A stretch of 64,000 nt of DNA. Source: an uncultured Chroococcidiopsis sp. (GTDB lineage Bacteria > Cyanobacteriota > Cyanobacteriia > Cyanobacteriales > Chroococcidiopsidaceae). Each line of letters begins with the position of its first letter. Position 1 is the stretch's first letter. Shown piece after piece: positions 22,521-32,249 of the stretch. The position numbers and the translations under genes were made by a program. The stretch spans positions 60,552-124,551 of the forward strand of contig CAXTYC010000007.1 in NCBI GenBank assembly GCA_964248365.1. The letters are read 5' to 3'. Below the pieces are notes generated by a model. That model saw only the letters and a list, made by a program, of their open reading frames with translations, did not search any database and was not told where the DNA came from.

Positions 22521-23990
22521 ATGGAAATTCGAGCAACTAATACGCCACTCGTAGACTGGGCTGGGGATGCTCTTGCCCTAGGTTTATTTGAAGATGCTGT
22601 AGAGTTAACAGGTGAGCTAGCTGGGCTGAATGAAAGGAGCGCTGGTGTTTTAAACGAAGTGATTGCTGATACAGAATTTAAGGGTAAAGAAGGCAGCAGT
22701 ACATTTACACGGGTAGGCGGTGGTAATGTCCGCAAAGTGATTTTGGTGGGATTGGGCAAACCTGATAGCTCGAAGTTAGACAACTGGCGACGAGCAGGGG
22801 CTATTGTGGCGCGGTTAGCCAAAAAGGAAAAATGCAAGACTTTGGGAATTAGTTTGCCCGTGTGGAATAACGATCCGGCTGCAACGGCTAGGGCAATTGC
22901 CGAAGGCGTGCAACTGGCTTTATTCCAAGACAATCGCTTTAAATCGGAACCAGAAGAAAAACCACCAGAGGTAGAACGAGTAGATTTGCTGGGATTGGGC
23001 GATCAAGATGAAGCGATCGCCCGTGCTAATCAAATCTGTTCTGGTGTAATATTGGCACGGGAACTAGTAGCAGCCCCCGCCAATGTGGTAAATTCAGTCA
23101 CTATGGCAAAGACTGCCGAAGAAATCGCCTCTCAATATGGTCTAGAAGCAAAAATTCTAGAGTGGAAAGAGTGTGAAGAATTGAAAATGGGAGCGTTTTT
23201 AGGCGTTGCCCAAGCTTCTGACTTACCACCTAAATTTATTCACCTAACTTATAGACCAGAAGGTACACCTAAACGAAAGGTGGCAATTATTGGTAAAGGC
23301 TTAACTTTTGATTCTGGCGGTTTAAACATCAAGGGTGCTGGTAGTGGCATTGAAATGATGAAGATCGATATGGGCGGTGCAGCAGCCACTTTGGGAGCTG
23401 CTAAAGCGATCGCTCAGCTCAAGCCAGATGTGGAAGTACATTTTATCAGTGCTGTGACCGAAAACATGATCAGCGGTCGGGCAATCCATCCTGGGGATAT
23501 TCTCAAAGCCTCTAACGATAAAACCATCGAAGTTAACAACACCGATGCGGAAGGACGCTTAACCTTGGCAGATGCCCTAGTGTATGCCGAAAAACTAGAG
23601 CTAGATGCGATCGTTGATTTAGCAACCCTTACGGGTGCTTGTGTAATCGCTTTGGGCGATGACATTGCTGGTTTGTTCTCTCCCGATGATGCACTAGCTG
23701 CCCAGCTAGAAAAAGCCGCATCTGCCGCAGGAGAGAAAATCTGGCGGATGCCAATGGAAGAAAAATACTTTGAAGGGCTAAAATCTGGTATTGCCGACAT
23801 GAAAAACACAGGTCCCCGTCCTGGTGGCTCCATCACAGCGGCTCTATTCCTCAAGCAGTTCGTCAACAAAACCCCTTGGGCGCACCTAGATGTTGCAGGT
23901 CCAGTCTGGACAGAAAAAGACAACCCCTATGGTTCAGGAGCGACTGGATTTGGTGTCCGTACACTGGTGAATTGGGTGCTGAGCGACTAA
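22521..23990 (+). CDS. pepA: M17 leucyl aminopeptidase
   Basis: [25 protein letters not shown] and DLATLTGA motifs. Confidence 0.97.
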   Translation: MEIRATNTPLVDWAGDALALGLFEDAVELTGELAGLNERSAGVLNEVIADTEFKGKEGSSTFTRVGGGNVRKVILVGLGKPDSSKLDNWRRAGAIVARLAKKEKCKTLGISLPVWNNDPAATARAIAEGVQLALFQDNRFKSEPEEKPPEVERVDLLGLGDQDEAIARANQICSGVILARELVAAPANVVNSVTMAKTAEEIASQYGLEAKILEWKECEELKMGAFLGVAQASDLPPKFIHLTYRPEGTPKRKVAIIGKGLTFDSGGLNIKGAGSGIEMMKIDMGGAAATLGAAKAIAQLKPDVEVHFISAVTENMISGRAIHPGDILKASNDKTIEVNNTDAEGRLTLADALVYAEKLELDAIVDLATLTGACVIALGDDIAGLFSPDDALAAQLEKAASAAGEKIWRMPMEEKYFEGLKSGIADMKNTGPRPGGSITAALFLKQFVNKTPWAHLDVAGPVWTEKDNPYGSGATGFGVRTLVNWVLSD

Positions 23991-24197
23991 TTAGAGGCGC
24001 TATAGCTAGAGGAAGCGCGGGGCTAGAGGCTAGAAAAAGGCAGAGGGGCAAGGGGGACTCGGAGTCCCCGGTTCCGAAGGAACTGGGGATAGGGGGGGAA
24101 GAGGGGGCTGGGGGGAAATCTATTGCAGTTCTCCCCCTTGCTCCCCTGCTCCCCTGCTCCCACAGCGCCCCACAGCGAACCCTGCTCCCCTTGTTCC

Positions 24198-24389
24198 TTA
24201 GCTCCCGTCTTTTGGTTTTTGTTCTCCTTCCATCGCCTGTTGAATTACTGGACTATCGAGCAGTTCTTTTGCCATGTCCATAAATTTCAGGCTGTCTGGA
24301 TGGACAGTCCGACGCTGCAACATTGGAATTTCTTCAGCATCAGAGGGATTGTTGTTGGGTATCGCTGGGCGATCTTCTTCTGAGTACAT
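24198..24389 (-). CDS. small hypothetical protein
   Basis: 63-aa ORF in an intergenic gap; no family recognised. Confidence 0.45.
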   Translation of the reverse strand: MYSEEDRPAIPNNNPSDAEEIPMLQRRTVHPDSLKFMDMAKELLDSPVIQQAMEGEQKPKDGS

Positions 24390-24512
24390 AATTCTGAGTT
24401 GAACTCGCCATTTACAGAATTGTATCGAGTTTTATCCTGAATCACATCTTGCTTCCAGGTAGAGTCAAAGGAGGGAGAACAGGGATACAGCAGTTCTGTG
24501 GGGGTAACTAAC

Positions 24513-25370
24513 TTACTTGCTTTCTAGTTCTGATAAAATTCTTGCTGCTTCTGCACAAAGTTCGGCATGACGTTGACCGTTACTAGCAAGTAAACCACCC
24601 CATTGATTTACATCTTCCTGGTTGTACATCAAAGGAGTACCATCAAAATGAGTGAACTTGCCCCCAGCTTCTGTTAAAATTAGCTCTGGAGCGGCTAAGT
24701 CCCAATCTTTAGGAGCAGATTTACCGGATAGGGAAATATAAATATCTGCCTGCTGTTCGACAATCGTGGCAATTTTGCAGCCGATACTACCAATGAATTT
24801 TTGATTTTTACAAGGTAGCTGCTGCAATAGCTGGTTAAATCTTTCATCTCGGTGAGAGCGGCTGACAACTAAGGTAAAGTCTTCAATTACATTGCGATTT
24901 GATACCTCTAAACGGGTGATTTTACCATCACGAGTTTCTACAAATGTCCCGCCGCCTAAAGTTGCATAATATAATTTTTCAGCTTCAGGATAAGCAACTA
25001 CTGCTACTACGGGGCGGCTGTTCTTAACTAGTGCAATGTGAATCGCATATTCTCCAGTTTTTTCAATAAAGTCTCGCGTTCCATCCAAGGGATCAATTAT
25101 CCATACCCAAGGTTGACTGTGCGAATATGCTTGACTTTTATAAGTTTCTTCACTGATATAGGCAAATTCTTGTTCGCCTAAGTTGGTTTGTAGTCTATCG
25201 AGTATGTAATGATTGACAGCTAGATCAGCGGATGTTACGGGATCGCCTTGTTTATCTTGAATTTCTAAGTTGGCGTTTTGAAACTGACTAGTATAGTAAG
25301 AACGTAGCAGGTAGGATGCTCCCCAGCCAACAGAACGGGCGATCGCCAGTAGATCTTCTAAAGATTGCAT
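24513..25370 (-). CDS. cysQ: 3'(2'),5'-bisphosphate nucleotidase CysQ / inositol monophosphatase family
   Basis: PVTSAD, SEE, WIIDPLDGTRDF, VSRSH and WDLAA motifs. Confidence 0.88.
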   Translation of the reverse strand: MQSLEDLLAIARSVGWGASYLLRSYYTSQFQNANLEIQDKQGDPVTSADLAVNHYILDRLQTNLGEQEFAYISEETYKSQAYSHSQPWVWIIDPLDGTRDFIEKTGEYAIHIALVKNSRPVVAVVAYPEAEKLYYATLGGGTFVETRDGKITRLEVSNRNVIEDFTLVVSRSHRDERFNQLLQQLPCKNQKFIGSIGCKIATIVEQQADIYISLSGKSAPKDWDLAAPELILTEAGGKFTHFDGTPLMYNQEDVNQWGGLLASNGQRHAELCAEAARILSELESK

Positions 25371-25405
25371 ATACTTCTCAAGTGTATAATTATTCTACGA
25401 ATTTA

Positions 25406-26293
25406 TTATGTATGCATCCATTGCCGTGTGCCAAAAAATTGACAAGCATAGGAAGCAATATTAGCGGATTTTGCTAGGGCATTGGTAAAATTGTCTTTGA
25501 GAATGTAATAACAAAAAGCACCGTGAAAAATATCACCAGCCCCTAAAGTATCAACCGAATTAATTTGTGGAACCTCTAAAGATTTGATCTTACCTTCACA
25601 AAGGAATTGAATTGGTTTTTCTCCTTGGGTAATGGCAATGTAAGGAATACTAAACTGGGAAAGATAGGTAAATACTTCATCTGTGGTGTGGCAATTGGGA
25701 GGATAGAAATTAGCTGAACAAATGGCGTAATCAACAAAAGGCAAAACTTTTTCAAACCCAGGCTTCCAACTCCCACCATCGATGACAACTGGAATATTAC
25801 TGGCTTTAGCAAGACGAGCGATCGCTTCTCCCACAGCCATTTGATGTCCATCAATCAGTACAATATCAACTGATTGCAAAAGATCAGCAAGAATTTGATC
25901 GGGTTCAACTTGGTTTTTAACTGCATTGATAGAAATTACAGCCCGTTCCCCCCCAGGTGAGACAATGATAGAAGAAATTGGCGGTGGTTGAATTTGTCCA
26001 GGTGCAAGATCGGCGATCGCTACTCCATAACTTTCTAAATCTGTTCGGATCAGCTGGGTAATAGGATCAGCACCCACTATACCCAACAGCGTAGCCTGAT
26101 TTCCCAGATGGCTGAAGGTGACAGCAGCATTAGTTGCGGGACCCCCAGCACAAACAATATAGTCAGAGGCGACAATTTTTTGGTTACTCTGAGGGGCGTA
26201 TTCTGCCAAGTAGACCATATCCAAGGTGACTAAACCAACGAACAACCCGTGTGGGGATTTTAGGTTTTGGATTTTGGGTTTTGGATTAAACAT
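25406..26293 (-). CDS. PfkB-family sugar kinase
   Basis: GGPATNAA and DTLGAGDIFHGAF motifs. Confidence 0.92.
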   Translation of the reverse strand: MFNPKPKIQNLKSPHGLFVGLVTLDMVYLAEYAPQSNQKIVASDYIVCAGGPATNAAVTFSHLGNQATLLGIVGADPITQLIRTDLESYGVAIADLAPGQIQPPPISSIIVSPGGERAVISINAVKNQVEPDQILADLLQSVDIVLIDGHQMAVGEAIARLAKASNIPVVIDGGSWKPGFEKVLPFVDYAICSANFYPPNCHTTDEVFTYLSQFSIPYIAITQGEKPIQFLCEGKIKSLEVPQINSVDTLGAGDIFHGAFCYYILKDNFTNALAKSANIASYACQFFGTRQWMHT

Positions 26294-26387
26294 TTGTCTT
26301 GTTGTCTTTATCCCCCTATCTTTTATATTCTGATTCCTTTACGGGGACACAGCTAAACCGCTACAACTGTTCACCTTCTTGATGAGA

Positions 26388-27269
26388 ATGACACAGCCAA
26401 AACCAGGAACACTTTATATAGTAGGGACACCCATTGGTAATCTGGAAGATATGACCTTCCGAGCAGTGCGGATTTTGCAATCAGTAGATCTAATTGCAGC
26501 AGAAGATACACGTCATACAGGAAAACTCCTACAACACTTTCAGATTACAGCACCGCAACTGAGTTATCACGATCACAATCGCAACAGCCGCATTGGTGAA
26601 TTATTAGAAAAGTTGCATCAAGGAAGTGCGATCGCTCTTGTTTCAGATGCGGGTATGCCAGGAATCTCCGATCCTGGGTATGAACTAGTTAAAGCCTGTA
26701 TAGAAGCTGGGATAACAGTAGTGCCAATTCCAGGCGCTAGTGCAGCAATTACCGCCTTGAGTGCATCTGGACTGGCGACAGATAGGTTTGTGTTTGAAGG
26801 GTTTTTACCAGCCAAAGGAAAAGAGCGAAAAGAGCGCCTAGAATTTCTCACCTCAGAAAAGCGCACCATAATTTTCTACGAAGCTCCCCATCGATTGCGC
26901 CAAACTTTAAAAGATTTAGGCGAGGTTTTGGGAACACAAAGGCAAATAGTGCTGGCTAGGGAATTAACTAAATTGTACGAGGAATTCTGGCGAGGCAATA
27001 TTGGAGAAGCGATCGCATTGTACGGACAAGGTAAAGCAATGCAACAACAGCAACGGGAACCCCAAGGAGAATATACCCTAGTAGTAGCGGGAACGCCCCC
27101 AGTCAAACCTCAATTATCAGAAGCAGAATTGAAATCTGAATTACACCAATTGATGGCTGCTGGAATTTCGCGATCCCAAGCTAGTCGTCAACTGGCAAAA
27201 GTAACTTCTGTCTCTCGTAGTCAACTTTATCAGTTAGCTCTGACTCTTCCCGCTATTGATAATTCTTAA
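26388..27269 (+). CDS. rsmI: 16S rRNA C1402 2'-O-methyltransferase
   Basis: GTPIGNLED, AAEDTR, VSDAGMPGISDPG and ARELTK motifs. Confidence 0.97.
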   Translation: MTQPKPGTLYIVGTPIGNLEDMTFRAVRILQSVDLIAAEDTRHTGKLLQHFQITAPQLSYHDHNRNSRIGELLEKLHQGSAIALVSDAGMPGISDPGYELVKACIEAGITVVPIPGASAAITALSASGLATDRFVFEGFLPAKGKERKERLEFLTSEKRTIIFYEAPHRLRQTLKDLGEVLGTQRQIVLARELTKLYEEFWRGNIGEAIALYGQGKAMQQQQREPQGEYTLVVAGTPPVKPQLSEAELKSELHQLMAAGISRSQASRQLAKVTSVSRSQLYQLALTLPAIDNS

Positions 27270-27419
27270 GATTGAGGAGACCCACGACAGAAGACAGAAG
27301 TATGAAGTCTGAAGTATAAAGTCTGAAGTGTGAATCAATTATCAATTGTTCATTGTTCATTGATAATTGATTCCCTCGTCCCTTTTACCTTTTCCCTTTT
27401 CCCTTTTCCCTTTCCCCTT

Positions 27420-28070
27420 CTATACCGCCGATTTACGGCTACCCCGCCGTAGCAAAAACCCAGTTCCGATCATGCCTATACCTACCAACGTTCCATTAGT
27501 GCTTGGTTCTGGCACTTTTTCTGATGCCTGAAAAGAGCCATTCACTACAGCTTGACCTATTATGGGAGCAGTTGGATCGGGGCTGAGTGTGTAGCTATCG
27601 GAAAGAGTCAGTGTTCCCGCAGCACCGTTGAATCTGCCCGTACCGCCAGTGATAGTTATAGTACCAAAAGCAGACGCTGTGAGGTTTTGTAAGTCAGATG
27701 AAGCAGTAGCGGTACTGGTTCCGATTAAACTATCATCGCCGCTGCCAAAAAACCTGTCAGTTAGAATTGGTAAGCCTTCTAAACCGAATGCTGCTGCGTC
27801 TGGGCCAGAGGTGGACACACCAGTAACGGGGTCAAGCTGAGCGTAGTTCATGCTTGTCAGGTTAGTTAAACTGTAGGGGGCATTATCACTCTTACCTATG
27901 ACATTTACAAGTGAGATACCAGGTGCGATTTCTTTAGAGGTGACTTCTAGGTTGTAGACTGCTTCAAACGGATAGGTAGTCTGCGCGATCGCCTTCACCC
28001 CACCTAATCCAAAGCCGATCAATGTCAGCGCTGCTGTAACAAACCCTACATTCTGTAAGCGAAGTTTCAT
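27420..28070 (-). CDS. PEP-CTERM sorting domain protein
   Basis: Signal peptide; C-terminal VPEPS, then a TM helix and basic tail RRGSRK. Confidence 0.9.
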   Translation of the reverse strand: MKLRLQNVGFVTAALTLIGFGLGGVKAIAQTTYPFEAVYNLEVTSKEIAPGISLVNVIGKSDNAPYSLTNLTSMNYAQLDPVTGVSTSGPDAAAFGLEGLPILTDRFFGSGDDSLIGTSTATASSDLQNLTASAFGTITITGGTGRFNGAAGTLTLSDSYTLSPDPTAPIIGQAVVNGSFQASEKVPEPSTNGTLVGIGMIGTGFLLRRGSRKSAV

Positions 28071-28448
28071 TTTCGTTCCTCTTAGTAGTAAGAAGTGCTA
28101 TTTTTGACAATTATTTTCTGGTAACTAAACCATAAATTGCCAAATGGCTATTTATTCTCGCTTCAGATTACCACGAAAGATTGCACCCACTTAGTAGCGA
28201 AGTATCATATCAATTCGTTACTCTACTTAGCCCAGACTTACAAAAGTCGTATTTTTACGCTTTGATAGTTTTTCAGGAATTCTTAATTATTTAACTTAAA
28301 TAGTTAAAATCCGTCTTGTTGTGAATTGAGCAAACAGTTGATTTTGTTCTGGCAGGAATTTAGGTAGAAACTACGAGGTGTCCTGCTAAAAACTAAGTCA
28401 AGCTAATTAGAGAAGTTAGGTGTGATCGCCACAATAAATTAAGTTAGT

Positions 28449-28769
28449 ATGACTAGAGTGCTAGGTATTATTTTAATCATTGCTGGAATTTACTTTCTAG
28501 GTCAAAATATAATCTTTGCTACTACTTACTACTTCAGTCTACCTGCTGTAGGTTCAGTTTTATCAATTATTGCTGGTATTATTGCTTTAGTATTTTTCCC
28601 AAGAGAAACTGGCAACTTGGGATGGATTTTTTTTGGCATCGGTATTGTACTAGTTTTCTTTAGCAGTGGAGTTATTTTAAAACCAACTAGCCTATGGAAC
28701 TTCTTAGTTTCGTTTACTGCTCTAGCTGTAGGTTATAAACTGCTAAATAGGAGTAGGTTTAGATTTTAG
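28449..28769 (+). CDS. small 4-TM membrane protein
   Basis: Four hydrophobic segments. Confidence 0.7.
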   Translation: MTRVLGIILIIAGIYFLGQNIIFATTYYFSLPAVGSVLSIIAGIIALVFFPRETGNLGWIFFGIGIVLVFFSSGVILKPTSLWNFLVSFTALAVGYKLLNRSRFRF

Positions 28770-28903
28770 GAAAGTAATTTCAATAGTAGCCCAGCAATGC
28801 CCACCATGCTACTGATAACTAGTTTTCAGACTTTCGTTACCAAGCCTTGACCTGGTAACGAGAAATAGGGATGCTCTGCATCCAACTACAGTCTACGATC
28901 TTG

Positions 28904-29725
28904 CTACTTAGATGGTTTCAAACTAGAGAACTCACAAATAGAATTAAATGAGCAATATCGGCAGTGATAACCTGGATTTGCTGGAAAAATTTTACTGAAT
29001 TTACTTGGATTTTCTAGATATTTTTTTACATCTTGCTGGTGTTTTTGAGCCACCGTTGCTAGCGTAGTTTCAATCGCGTCTAATTGATTAGAACTTACTT
29101 CAATCAGCGCTGATTTTTTACACTGTTCTAAATTATAAAATGAAGCTACTGCTTGATATTTGGGATAAAGATAACGAGCTGCTACTAAATAAACTAATGC
29201 TTGCCGACGATCAAAAGCAGATTTACCAGTTTTGAAATCTAAAATATGTAGTGTCCGGTCTGATTCGGTAAATACACAATCCATCGTGGCATATAGCCGA
29301 AAATGGTAATTCTGCTGTGCAATCAAAATTGGTCTAGGAAAACCTTCTTCACCACTAGTCAATTCAATAATCTGTTTTCCCTCTAAAAATGGATCTTTAT
29401 GATAGTTTTTCAGAATTTGTATCACTCGTTGCTGAATTTCAGCGGCTAATACGCCAAGTTTCAGCATCTTGGCGATTCTTTCTACGCCGTCTGGCTGAGT
29501 CAACAACTGGTGATGGTGATGAAATTCATAAACGCCTTTTTGGGCTAGTAAACCAATCCGCTGGGGAATGCTAGCATGAGCCAATAATGCCTTAACCGTT
29601 GGTTCTTTTTGCCGTGCTTTGATAAATCCCCGCTTCATTTGACAATGCCAGCGTTCTTGCCCCACTGCTGGGACAACTAAAGACCACAGGTGATAACTAG
29701 CAAAGGGTTGCCCAAAAATTGGCAT
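28904..29725 (-). CDS. PD-(D/E)XK nuclease, Cas4/AddB-like with a probable Fe-S staple
   Basis: MDCV...ILDFKTG, QALVY, an N-terminal Cys and C-terminal CRYCSFNSIC. Confidence 0.85.
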   Translation of the reverse strand: MPIFGQPFASYHLWSLVVPAVGQERWHCQMKRGFIKARQKEPTVKALLAHASIPQRIGLLAQKGVYEFHHHHQLLTQPDGVERIAKMLKLGVLAAEIQQRVIQILKNYHKDPFLEGKQIIELTSGEEGFPRPILIAQQNYHFRLYATMDCVFTESDRTLHILDFKTGKSAFDRRQALVYLVAARYLYPKYQAVASFYNLEQCKKSALIEVSSNQLDAIETTLATVAQKHQQDVKKYLENPSKFSKIFPANPGYHCRYCSFNSICEFSSLKPSK

Positions 29726-30316
29726 CGCTGTTGAACCAGTGAAAACGCAGGTCGAAGCAAGAAGCAGACTATACTATTAATGATGAAGAGAAAATGGCAA
29801 GATTGGCAAACTTATGAGTCTTGGTAGCAAAAGGGACAAAATCAATTTGACACTGATTGATAGCTGGGAATTATTGTCAATGAATTGACCATCCCCAAGC
29901 TTGGGATGATACAGGCGATCGCTTATTACTTAGAAACAGCCTGTACCAAAGACAGAATACCTATCTTCAAAGCTGAAAAGTCCGCCTTAGTTCTTGTACT
30001 GACACAAGCAGATTGGACTGTAAAAATTACGCCAGCCGGATTGCCCCACTCTAGTAATTAGTTACAATACCCCTTACCTAAATTGTGCTGGGGGATTAAT
30101 ATTCGCCACCAGCCCTAGTCCAGTTCTATACTGTAAAATTAAGTATATTCCACAACTTGTGCTAGTTCTGCCACTCCTTACATGACTGATACTATTGTGG
30201 CAAAAATTGCTGGAGCAGATGATAATCCACCTGGCAATAGCTTTTGATCCTATTAAAATATATGAAATTTAGCATTTAGCTAACAGCGCGCCAGCTAATT
30301 GCTAATCGCTATAAAT

Positions 30317-30583
30317 ATGAAAACTCTTGCTAATTTGCTTACGTTGATAGTTTTGGCAGCCTGGGTAGTGGCGATCGCTATCCTCTCCGTCCAAAACGCC
30401 ACCCCAGTATCTCTAAAATTTCTTTCCTTCCAGTCAATTCAACTGCCTGTGGGTTTAGTGTTAGCCTTTAGTGCGGGTTTAGGGATAATTGGTATAGCAC
30501 TAACCCAACCTTTATGGAGTCTAGGTAGTTCTGGGAATCAATCAGACAATGACCTAGATGATGATTTTTCCTTTGATGAATAA
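30317..30583 (+). CDS. LapA/DUF1049-family membrane protein
   Basis: ILSVQNATPVSLKFL...LPVGLVL with two TM helices. Confidence 0.85.
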   Translation: MKTLANLLTLIVLAAWVVAIAILSVQNATPVSLKFLSFQSIQLPVGLVLAFSAGLGIIGIALTQPLWSLGSSGNQSDNDLDDDFSFDE

Positions 30584-30771
30584 GAAAGGGGCTGGAGACT
30601 GGGGGCTAGGGACTAGGGGAACTAGAAGAAAGAAAAAGGTAAAAGGGAAAGGGGAAAAGGTAAAAGGGTAAAGAGGTATTGCGGTAAAGGAGACCCACGA
30701 CCCACGACAGAATATTTAATTCTTTCATCTCCCCTGAATGCCGCCAAAAGCCCCCCTGCTCCCCTGCTTCC

Positions 30772-31260
30772 CTAATGTGAGTCTTGTTGGTAGGTTTGAG
30801 CATAACGCCGTTCTGGATCGATGCCTTTAAATGTGGGTGGTAACCAAACTCGAACTACCAACAGTGCTGCTAGAACCATTAAAAAGGCACAAGCGGCTAA
30901 CATTTGGCTCCAAGGTACTTCCAACACTCCCCGTACAATCACTTCTCGTAGCACAGATACTATAGATACTTCTACCGCTACGCCAATAGATACCCGCTGT
31001 TCTTGCAAGTAAATAATCAGTAGTCGAAACAACTCGACCAAAATCAACAAAAATAGAATATCTGCCGTCACAGCGTGGAAGTTTACAGGAGGCAGCATCA
31101 GCAAGAATATTCCTCTTAGCTGGATCACCATGACGCAGAACAGACCGATACACAGAGAAACTACAATTAAATCTTGAATGGTTTCAAGGCTACGTATGAG
31201 CAAATTACGATTCAAGGTTTCATACCAGGGACTTAATGGGTTCTTCAAAGGCTGCTGCAT
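30772..31260 (-). CDS. PsiE-family membrane protein
   Basis: LFLLILVELFRLLIIYL..RVSI..VEVSIVSVLREVI pattern. Confidence 0.85.
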   Translation of the reverse strand: MQQPLKNPLSPWYETLNRNLLIRSLETIQDLIVVSLCIGLFCVMVIQLRGIFLLMLPPVNFHAVTADILFLLILVELFRLLIIYLQEQRVSIGVAVEVSIVSVLREVIVRGVLEVPWSQMLAACAFLMVLAALLVVRVWLPPTFKGIDPERRYAQTYQQDSH

Positions 31261-31497
31261 CTAAAACTTCTCCTGTCTGTGTCATTGGTTTTTCATTATG
31301 CTTAGAATACCTTATAGTAAAACTTTTTAACATCAAAATATATTATGCAAATAATCATTTCAACTCAAGAGTGTTTCCAACCGATTTGACAAACTTATAG
31401 ATTTTTGGGTTTTAAACAATGTAACCACCCTAAGACAGATTCTTTGCAAGGCGCTTCGATGATTTGATAAGAAAAAAGTTTTTTGAGGCTAAATTTT

Positions 31498-32094
31498 ATG
31501 AAAGCTCGATACCTAACTTTTATTGGTACGGCGATCGCTATAGCAATCAGCAATAGTGCTGTTGCCCAATCAAGTACCATACCTGGAGAAATCAAGCTTT
31601 CACAAGCACAAACTGGTTCCCCTCAAACTCCGGCTCAACCAAATTCCAGCCCCTCTACTAACACTGCTCCCGCACCAAGAGCAGTACCACCACAAACTCA
31701 ACAAGCTCCCCAGACTCAAGTAAGTCAAGCGGAACTGCAAAAGTTTGCTAACGCTGTCAAAAAGATACAGCCAATTCAACAGCAAGCTCAGACACAGGTA
31801 GCGCAAGTAATTAAGCAGCAAAACCTGAGCGAACAAAGGTTCGGGGAAATTTATCAATCTCAACGAAATCCTCAAGCACAGCCAACGGCAAAAGTTACCC
31901 CAGAAGAAAAGAAAAAATTTGAACAAGCCAGCGCTCAAATTCAGAAGATTCAAGAAACAACTCAGTCAAAAATGGAGCAAGCTGTTCGGGGCGAAGGGCT
32001 AGAAATACCGCAATTTAATAAGATTTTCCTAGCTATCAGACAAAACCCAGAACTTTTGCAAAAAGTGCAGCAAATGATTAAGACTTCAAGTTAA
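31498..32094 (+). CDS. DUF4168-type secreted Gln-rich protein
   Basis: Signal peptide; repeated VS.AELQKFA..V..I / GL....FN.I...P.L motif. Confidence 0.8.
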   Translation: MKARYLTFIGTAIAIAISNSAVAQSSTIPGEIKLSQAQTGSPQTPAQPNSSPSTNTAPAPRAVPPQTQQAPQTQVSQAELQKFANAVKKIQPIQQQAQTQVAQVIKQQNLSEQRFGEIYQSQRNPQAQPTAKVTPEEKKKFEQASAQIQKIQETTQSKMEQAVRGEGLEIPQFNKIFLAIRQNPELLQKVQQMIKTSS

Positions 32095-32249
32095 TTCAGG
32101 AGTCAGGAGTCAGAAGGCGAGAGGAACCAGAGGCGAGAGGAACTAGAGGAACTAGAGGAATCAGAAAAAGGGAAAAGGTAAAAGCTAATTTCCCCTTGTC
32201 CCCTTGTCCTTTCCTAGCCCCTAGCCCCTAGCCCCTAGCCCCTAGCCTC
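32095..32249. repeat. STRR block ending in about five TAGCCCC units
   Basis: tagcccc tandem array directly after the polA stop. Confidence 0.9.

Noticed and set aside
23876..24383. ORFs 23876-24283 and 24123-24383
   Set aside because: They overlap pepA or read through STRR repeats
24439..24470. MerR-type promoter before the 63-aa ORF
   Set aside because: TTGACT is present on the minus strand, but the -10 element and dyad are weak
28904..30298. CRISPR-Cas locus around the Cas4-like nuclease
   Set aside because: No repeat-spacer array and no other cas genes
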